A stretch of DNA of 53,959 nucleotides from positions 1 through 53,959 of the forward strand of contig CBIHMP010000001.1 in NCBI GenBank assembly GCA_966211015.1, written 5' to 3'. This document shows positions 48,801 through 53,959 of this stretch, piece by piece. This DNA is from an uncultured Luteolibacter sp. (GTDB lineage: Bacteria > Verrucomicrobiota > Verrucomicrobiia > Verrucomicrobiales > Akkermansiaceae). A program made the translations under genes and the position numbers. Under the pieces are notes generated by a model that had not been told where the DNA came from, searched no databases, and worked only from the letters and a program-made list of their open reading frames with translations. Numbering within the stretch: position 1 is the stretch's first letter; each line of letters begins with the position of its first letter.

Positions 48801-49055
48801 TGGACCCTCAGGACACGTCTCGCCGTGTCCTTCGATGCGGGAGGCGATGGCTCGGTTTCCTTCACCGGCTCTTCCCGATTGAGAGGAGGCGACTTCAACG
48901 GCAACAACCTCGTGAATCTTGTGGATTTCAATATCCTCCAAGCTTCCTTCAATGCGACGGCGTCGGTGCCTGATATCTCGGGAGACGGTCAGGTGAACCT
49001 CACCGATTTCAATATCCTGAATGCGAACTGGCTTGTGGCCGGAGACCCGCCCTGA
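45801..49055 (+). CDS. Secreted paralog: 1 beta-helix module, cohesin-like domain, Ig-like domain, X-module and C-terminal dockerin
   Basis: Signal peptide; TIQSAIDAASPGD; NYWG..GP; VQPGDSIRAGVDI..LLGYS..VADIRMIA; GDFNGNNLVNLVD / DISGDGQVNLTD. Confidence 0.8.
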   Translation: MNTLPLLFALLALPLAAGADTIRVGPGQSFPTIQSAIDAASPGDVIEVSAGLYEENVIINKSPLVLLGARAGSDARGRVAGSPDSASESIVSPAAGSALLFASSAGAITVDGFCLTSPAGPSTGVAGSQTEGSTGLTFACNLVTVATGSGGAALYLHQSAENATISRNSLVAAAGSTETVVLGSSGSFDGLHFLNNEVLRDGPPAGIGLLTGGAANVGTSLSRGARISGNEFRGHGTGFNGGKSSLEGAEISSNLFDGNEGGMAAGTANCVIQANEWKNNSCYGLCLTGFGDLTGVASGVRGTDIKDNIFVNNGSVVSPSGYGDLIIEDQTDGNLGTNRIFRNRFLSIRAIHNEEMSGSLDAASNYWGAADGPGGKGPGGGGEIAGPGSVRFEPWYGDEGLTCLNFGSSPLEESLTLGEGESIGGDSLQIAPSVVLTIGRGASVTVTGFDMQPGSSVKIDGGALKVGKLTMQPGAVLDVVGGALSLDPLGTGQYHTISGSFTFFDCLGSLDINANTTFSGSTLGIASDIHVAPGVTLVVLGSLELDGCVMDSSGTFNLLADSGAEFRMVRCEVTGASMSLVGSDLLLRDNIFTDSSAIVFSTVNGGSIYHNVFTGGAGALNILPGAVVTTEADGWGNVGDPASVRNRLSLHLRPPLDATRTLDGEGVLYVQPGDSIRAGVDIGGLEHKAFAVEALLGYSGVHLQFDALLPSTDWSTGLHAEADESAVIGRFNTALGLGFSYPDPDGTLMEGEVADIRMIAKPSEGRTRVFFRTKGDAETTPVDTRLTVGNAGTGSFLNAPFTRNSPLLVIDGTAPEFANGATVTQVRDLVTTDVLDGGNLTRIGTVTVTLDVRDDLAGIDAADMAVNLVGPVTLAGGLADILPVDIGGVIYLRHTFELAVTPATPDGTYNLDAIAMDRSGNAATLAIGAIEIAKYRLNVTVAAQGLIAAPLDRDVTFVATSASGTVLNTWTLPVSFGAGQGVTSLEAIPDDTAFLSAKTPWTLRTRLAVSFDAGGDGSVSFTGSSRLRGGDFNGNNLVNLVDFNILQASFNATASVPDISGDGQVNLTDFNILNANWLVAGDPP

Positions 49056-49097
49056 GCGGGTGGAGCGCTTCCCCCAAGCTTTCCAAGCCCGATCCCG

Positions 49098-50348
49098 ATG
49101 ATCTCTCCCTGTTTTCCGGTCCCCGGATTTTCCGTGTGCGTCTTGGCGGGACTCGTTCTTCTCCCGGCCATCTCTCATGCCGCCTTGGAGGCGGACGTGA
49201 TGACTTCCCGCGGCGTGGTCACCATCGATCTCGGCTACACGGAAGCCCCGCTGGCGGTTGCCAACTTCATCACGTTGGCGGAAGGCTCACGTTCCTGGGT
49301 GGACTCTTCAAGCGGCGCGGTGGATTCCGGGCTCTTCTACGACGGCCTGGTCTTCCACAGGGTGGAGAATACCTCGTCTTCGAAGCTGGCTGAAACCGGC
49401 TCCCGTGATGGATCGGGAAACGACGACGCCGGTTTTACGGTGCTCGATCAATTCCACCCCTCTCTGAGCCATGAGCCCTATGTAGTGGCCATGGCAAGTG
49501 ACGGCCCGAACACGGGCGGCTGCCGCTGGTATTTGACCGGGGATCTGGCGATGCCGGCACGGGATGGAAGAGGCGTCGTGTTCGGCAAGGTTACGTCACC
49601 CGCAAGTCGTGTGATCGTTGATTCGATCCTGAGCGGCGGGATTGGCACAACCACAGTGACGGGAATCAGCATCCGGCGGACAGACCCTGCGGCAGAAGCC
49701 TTCGATGAAATGGCGCTGGCGCTTCCCGAAGTGTCTCCCGTCCGCGGCAGCCTATCGGTGCAGCCGGCCATTGCGGTGAAGCTGGATTTTCCCCAGCCCG
49801 CATCCACGATGTTGCGCGCGAAGTCATCCCTCGATCTCACCCAGTGGATCCCGCATTTCGTTGGCTTCGCAGGCATCGATGACACCTTGCCTCCGGCGCT
49901 TCAGACCATCGATGGCGGAGATGTTTGGCGACGTTTCTACAACTTCTCTTTGACGGCCTATTCCGGCGCGGGAGGAGCTTCCACCTTCGCTCATCGCACG
50001 CTTACCACGGAAACGTCCCATGCGGGGCAGTTGATTTACCAGTTCGATGCGACGGGCATGGCGGGAACCTACTCGAATACGCCTTTTCCCGGATTCCCAC
50101 CCTTGGATACCGGCACCTTTGTCGTCCGCACGGACTTTCCTCCCCGCTTTGACGCGTATTTTTTCCGCATGCTCGTGCAGACCAGCGGACTTGGTGATAC
50201 CAAGAACCACTGGATCCGAGGCGGCTTCGACATGATCGCTCCCGGCAAGATCACCGGCCGGCAGATCAGCGACTTCCATGCGGCGGACATGTCTCCGGTT
50301 TTCGCCGAACCGGAGCCGGACATGCCCCTCGAGCTAAGCCGTCCGTGA
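49098..50348 (+). CDS. Secreted cyclophilin-type peptidyl-prolyl isomerase domain protein with C-terminal extension (active site degenerate)
   Basis: TSRG, APLAVANFITLAEG, FYDGLVFHRV, VAMASDGPNT, VVFGKV. Confidence 0.8.
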   Translation: MISPCFPVPGFSVCVLAGLVLLPAISHAALEADVMTSRGVVTIDLGYTEAPLAVANFITLAEGSRSWVDSSSGAVDSGLFYDGLVFHRVENTSSSKLAETGSRDGSGNDDAGFTVLDQFHPSLSHEPYVVAMASDGPNTGGCRWYLTGDLAMPARDGRGVVFGKVTSPASRVIVDSILSGGIGTTTVTGISIRRTDPAAEAFDEMALALPEVSPVRGSLSVQPAIAVKLDFPQPASTMLRAKSSLDLTQWIPHFVGFAGIDDTLPPALQTIDGGDVWRRFYNFSLTAYSGAGGASTFAHRTLTTETSHAGQLIYQFDATGMAGTYSNTPFPGFPPLDTGTFVVRTDFPPRFDAYFFRMLVQTSGLGDTKNHWIRGGFDMIAPGKITGRQISDFHAADMSPVFAEPEPDMPLELSRP

Positions 50349-51656
50349 GGGCCCCTTGTGCTTGCCGGCCCGGAAGGGCGTGTTGGTCTCGCAGGCACGC
50401 TGCCGTTCTTCCAGAAAGCTCCGTTCGGATGCCACTCCGGTCAATTCCATGGCCTTGCTAAAGCGCGCTGCTGCCTCCATCCGCCTGTCCAGACGTTCTT
50501 CCAGATCGCCGATCACCGCGTGGAAGAGGTAGTAGGTCTCCAGTTGCTCCGGTTTCGCAATCGCCTTGATGGCGTCCATCCCCGCTTTCGGACCATGAAC
50601 GTTCGCGACTGCCACGGCGCGATTGAGCGCCACGATCGGAGACGCGCTTATTTCCACCCAGCGGTCGTAGTGGGCGAGGATGCGCGGCCAATCCGTATCG
50701 GCGTAGTCGGGCGCGGTGCAGTGGCATGCGGCGATGCCCGCCTGGAGGTGGTATTCGCTGAGATCGGTGCCCACGCTTGCCCGCGCCAGATGCATCATCC
50801 CGGCGCCGATCAAGCGGCGGTCCCAGCGGGTGCGATCCTGATCTTTCAGCCTCAGGATATTGCCTTCGTCGTCCTCGCGGGCGGGAATGCGGGCGGCGTC
50901 GAGCAGCATCACTGCCAGCAACGCGTGCGTTTTGGGCAGGTTGCCGGCCGGATGGGCGGCCAGCAAACTCCCGAGGCGGATCGCCTCGTGGCAGAGATCC
51001 TCCCGGACGAGGCTCTCGCCGTTCGAGGCCTTGTAGCCCTCGTTGAAAAGCAGATAGAGCACGTGCAGCACTCCATCCAACCGGGATTCCAGTTCGTTAC
51101 CGGCCGGGATTTCGAAAGGGATGCCTTGATCCTGGATGCGCTGCTTCGCCCGGGTGAGGCGCTTTGCAATCGCGGCTTCGCTTGTCAGGAATGCGCTGGC
51201 GATCTCGGGAATGCCGAAGCCGCAAAGGGTTTTCAAGGCAAGGGCCGTCTGGTCTTCCTGGGAAATCAGCGGGTGGCAGCAGGTGAAGATCAGCCTCAGC
51301 CGGTCGTCGCGGATTTCCTCCTCAAATAGGGGGCCGTCCGCGTCATCGGGCAGCCGCTCGAGCGAAGCGGAGATCTCCGGCTGTTTCTCCTGGAAGAGCT
51401 TTTCCCGCCGGAGCATGTCCAGCGCCCGCCGCTTCGCGGTCTGCATCAGCCATGCGGCGGGATTGTCCGGCACGCCATAGTAGGGCCAGACCTGCAAGGC
51501 GCGTATCATCGCCTCTTGCACCACATCCTCCGCCAGTTGCAGGCGGCGGATCCCGAAGATGCCCGTCAATGCGGACACCAGCTTCCCGGCTTCGTGCCGG
51601 AAGAGGTGCTCCGTGAGCTTGGGAATCTCCGGGTTATGGGGCGGCATCGCGCTCAC
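50334..51656 (-). CDS. ECF sigma-70 factor with long C-terminal extension (ECF42-like, DUF6596/TPR)
   Basis: AEDVVQEA, PDNPAAWL, DDRLRLIFTCCHP, RLTRAK, LYLLFNEGY, YHLQAGIAACH, DW..I, LNRAVA. Confidence 0.9.
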   Translation of the reverse strand: MSAMPPHNPEIPKLTEHLFRHEAGKLVSALTGIFGIRRLQLAEDVVQEAMIRALQVWPYYGVPDNPAAWLMQTAKRRALDMLRREKLFQEKQPEISASLERLPDDADGPLFEEEIRDDRLRLIFTCCHPLISQEDQTALALKTLCGFGIPEIASAFLTSEAAIAKRLTRAKQRIQDQGIPFEIPAGNELESRLDGVLHVLYLLFNEGYKASNGESLVREDLCHEAIRLGSLLAAHPAGNLPKTHALLAVMLLDAARIPAREDDEGNILRLKDQDRTRWDRRLIGAGMMHLARASVGTDLSEYHLQAGIAACHCTAPDYADTDWPRILAHYDRWVEISASPIVALNRAVAVANVHGPKAGMDAIKAIAKPEQLETYYLFHAVIGDLEERLDRRMEAAARFSKAMELTGVASERSFLEERQRACETNTPFRAGKHKGPSRTA

Positions 51657-51660
51657 AGCA

Positions 51661-52065
51661 TCAAGCCAGGGCGGTTGCTTCCACGTCTTTCAGCATCCGC
51701 CCCACCGGACAGGCGGGCGCGACGGGGCGCACTTCGACCGTCAGGCCGTAGGGTAATGCAGGGCATTCCTTGCCGATGGCGAGCGCTTCTTCCATCGTCT
51801 CGACGGTGAGCAGGAAGAAGCCTCCCACGGCCTCCTTCGATTCCGCGAAGGGCCCGTCCGCCACGGCACGTGCTTTTCCGGAGATCGTCACGCCTTCGTT
51901 TTCGAGCGGATTTGCCGCGGCGAGCTTGCCTTCACGTTCGAGGCGGTCGAACCACGAGCCCCATTCGCCCATGATACGCTGGATTTCCTCGGGGGAGAGT
52001 TCTTTGTGCCAATCCGTGCCGCGGAAGAGCAGCAGGTATCCGTTCGGGTTGTTGTAGTTGTTCAT
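51661..52065 (-). CDS. YciI/DGPF family protein
   Basis: YLLLFRG, DGPFAESKEAVGGF, VEVRP; ATG at 52065 (alternative TTG at 52074). Confidence 0.9.
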   Translation of the reverse strand: MNNYNNPNGYLLLFRGTDWHKELSPEEIQRIMGEWGSWFDRLEREGKLAAANPLENEGVTISGKARAVADGPFAESKEAVGGFFLLTVETMEEALAIGKECPALPYGLTVEVRPVAPACPVGRMLKDVEATALA

Positions 52066-52134
52066 GTTGGTCAAGGGATAGGGTCAGATGCAGGATCGAG
52101 TCACGGCTGGAAATGGAGGATCTTCCTCTTCGGA

Positions 52135-52437
52135 TCACGAAGTGGATTTGCGGGAGTCGGGGGGAGAAATGCGCAGCTTCCGGACGAGGCGGAACGCCAG
52201 CAGAAGCAGGGAACTTGCACACGCGGCGATCAAGGCCGCGCGGATGCCTGAGGCGACAGGGATCGAGATGCCGGCCCCGGTGAACACGGCCACATAGGCG
52301 GCGAGACAAACCGGACATTTCGGCATTAGCACCAGCAGGCCGCCGGGGAGCAACCACGAGGTGGCGGCGGCGAGCCCCCGGCGTACCGGCTTTCCCGCGA
52401 CCGGCGGCATCGCTTTCTTCCTGCAGCACGCGTTCAT
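52135..52437 (-). CDS. Small membrane protein with PKCPVC motif
   Basis: ATG at 52437; MNACC..., LMPKCPVCLAAY, hydrophobic segments; fits the gap between DUF899 and YciI. Confidence 0.7.
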   Translation of the reverse strand: MNACCRKKAMPPVAGKPVRRGLAAATSWLLPGGLLVLMPKCPVCLAAYVAVFTGAGISIPVASGIRAALIAACASSLLLLAFRLVRKLRISPPDSRKSTS

Positions 52438-52448
52438 GGCCAGCTTTC

Positions 52449-53216
52449 TTAGGAGTTCGAGCACTCGCAGGAGGCCCCGGCGGCTTCGTCGTACTTGTCG
52501 TGAAGCCGGATCCAGCTCATGGTGCCTTCCTCGTTCCGCCCCTTCGGCGTCAGATCCATCAGCATGAAGGTGGTCAGCACCTCCTCGCCGCCGCGGGCAT
52601 AGCAGGAGTAGGTGTGGAAGATTTCCCCCTCGTCGTTCTTGTAAAAAATGCTCATGCCATGGGATTCGCCGGTCTCGGTCTCCGGAGCAAAGTTGTACAT
52701 GGCCTCGCCCCTCGCCACCTGTTCCTCCGTGAAGGAGACATGGTAGTCGTAGTTGAAGTCGTTCTTCGCCGAGGAGACCCACGGGAATCGCCAGCCCATC
52801 CGTTTCCTGAATCCGGCGAATTCGGACAGCGGCGCACGGGAGACGGCGGCAAAGGCAACGTCGCGATGCTCGAAATGCTGGCGCGCGCCGTCGATGTGGT
52901 CGCAAAGAAAGGAGCAGCCTTGGCAGCCTTCCTTCCATCCGGGGCCGAACATGAAGTGATCGACAATGAGCTGGCTGCGGCCCCGGAAGAGCTCCGCCAG
53001 CGTGACGGCGCCCTCCGGCCCTTCGAAAACGTAATTTCTGTCCACCTTGACCCACGGCAGTTCACGCCGCTCGGCGTTGATCCTGTCGCGGGTCCGGTAG
53101 AGTTCCTTCTCTTTCTTCAGCAGGTCCGTCCGGGCCGCCAGCCACTTCTCCCGGCTCACCACCGGGTGTTCCGCCAGTCCCGCTTCCCTCTCCAATGTCG
53201 GTGTTTGTGTGCTCAT
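52449..53216 (-). CDS. DUF899 family (thioredoxin-like) protein
   Basis: WLAAR..LL..EKE, RRELPWV, LF.GRSQL..HFM, GCQGCS, VSRAP, MGW.FPWVSS, DLTPKGR. Confidence 0.9.
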   Translation of the reverse strand: MSTQTPTLEREAGLAEHPVVSREKWLAARTDLLKKEKELYRTRDRINAERRELPWVKVDRNYVFEGPEGAVTLAELFRGRSQLIVDHFMFGPGWKEGCQGCSFLCDHIDGARQHFEHRDVAFAAVSRAPLSEFAGFRKRMGWRFPWVSSAKNDFNYDYHVSFTEEQVARGEAMYNFAPETETGESHGMSIFYKNDEGEIFHTYSCYARGGEEVLTTFMLMDLTPKGRNEEGTMSWIRLHDKYDEAAGASCECSNS

Positions 53217-53239
53217 GATGTTTTCGGGTTCATGAATTC

Positions 53240-53266
53240 GACGGACGGGGAGGGGGATTCAGGACA
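53240..53266 (-). promoter_or_regulatory. Putative ECF promoter for the DUF899 gene
   Basis: Minus strand TGTCCT-N17-CGTC. Confidence 0.65.
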
Positions 53267-53269
53267 TTC

Positions 53270-53830
53270 TTATTTCGTGCGGGTCGATTTTGCGGACATG
53301 AAAGTGGTCCAGTTTCCGTCTTCGCCCTGGATGCTGCTCGTGAAGGTTTTGTGGTTCTCGTCCTGGAACACGATGACTTCCTTGAATTTGCAGATTTTCC
53401 CGCCCTGCATCGGGCACGGCCCTTCGGTTTCCAAGGTGAGGGTTTTTCCATCGTCGCCCAAGGTTCCTTCGTACTTCCACATCGTGCTTGTCATGGAGTC
53501 CACCCAGGAGCCGATGAACTTCTTTTTCTCGGGGTCGTAGCCGATCGTCAGGATGCTGGAAAAGGGAGATCCCATCGCTTCGCCGGAACCTTCCGAGACC
53601 AGCCAGAAGCCGCCGAGCGAGCGGGCTTTTTCGGTCATCTTGTTCTTCACCGGCGGTTTGCCGGGCTCCATGGTGCATTCCATCTCGGATTCCCATTCAC
53701 CGGCGAGTTGCTGGAGCCACTTGTGCTCGGATTGCGGCTTGGGCATTTCGGGCATCTCCTGGGCCAGGGCGGAGGAGGCGCTGAAGATCAGGGCGGCGAT
53801 GCCGCTCATCAGGATACTGCGGGTCTTCAT
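53270..53830 (-). CDS. DUF1579 family secreted protein
   Basis: Signal peptide; EHKWLQQLAGEW, LGGFW, IGYDPEKKKFIGSWVDSM; ATG at 53830. Confidence 0.88.
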   Translation of the reverse strand: MKTRSILMSGIAALIFSASSALAQEMPEMPKPQSEHKWLQQLAGEWESEMECTMEPGKPPVKNKMTEKARSLGGFWLVSEGSGEAMGSPFSSILTIGYDPEKKKFIGSWVDSMTSTMWKYEGTLGDDGKTLTLETEGPCPMQGGKICKFKEVIVFQDENHKTFTSSIQGEDGNWTTFMSAKSTRTK

Positions 53831-53899
53831 TTTCGTGAGGTAGTTTGTTTTAGGAGGGGACGGGACGCCCGTGCTTTCCGGGCAAGGGCTCACTAGCAA

Positions 53900-53926
53900 G
53901 ACGAACGGTGACCCTTTTTTTGGACA
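53900..53926 (-). promoter_or_regulatory. Putative ECF promoter for the DUF1579 gene
   Basis: Minus strand TGTCCA-N17-CGTC. Confidence 0.65.
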
Positions 53927-53959
53927 CTGTCCGGCGTTTTTTTGAAGCCGGGCCTAGCC

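Overview
High-GC bacterial chromosomal segment, most likely Verrucomicrobiota (Luteolibacter/Haloferula-like). This is inferred from a PEP-CTERM protein, a type II glutamine synthetase, DUF1080, typical zinc-ribbon and TPR hypotheticals, and weak Shine-Dalgarno signals. About 50 real CDS are supported; most other ORF-track entries are antisense or out-of-frame shadows. Housekeeping genes: uvrB, lysS, glnII. Accessory modules: (i) a ~12 kb minus-strand metal-efflux island (TolC, adaptor, CusA/CzcA-type RND, His-rich protein; then adaptor, MacB-type ABC, Cys-rich lipoprotein), each half headed by a small Cys/His-rich putative leader peptide followed directly by a hairpin; (ii) an ArsR-family gene divergent from an AKR/OYE/LLM redox operon, with two visible palindromic operators; (iii) an IorAB-XdhC-MocA molybdoenzyme operon; (iv) an ECF42-like sigma/DGPF cluster with two visible matching promoters. 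The most interesting locus is 37.5-50.3 kb. A LytS/LytTR-type two-component system lies divergent from an operon encoding two paralogous secreted beta-helix proteins, each carrying BOTH a cohesin-like domain and a C-terminal X-module/dockerin. The operon also encodes a PEP-CTERM protein and a degenerate cyclophilin. This is a candidate self-assembling, cellulosome-like surface system. No rRNA, tRNA, CRISPR array, transposase or integrase was recognised. All domain calls are by eye from motifs; no database search was run.
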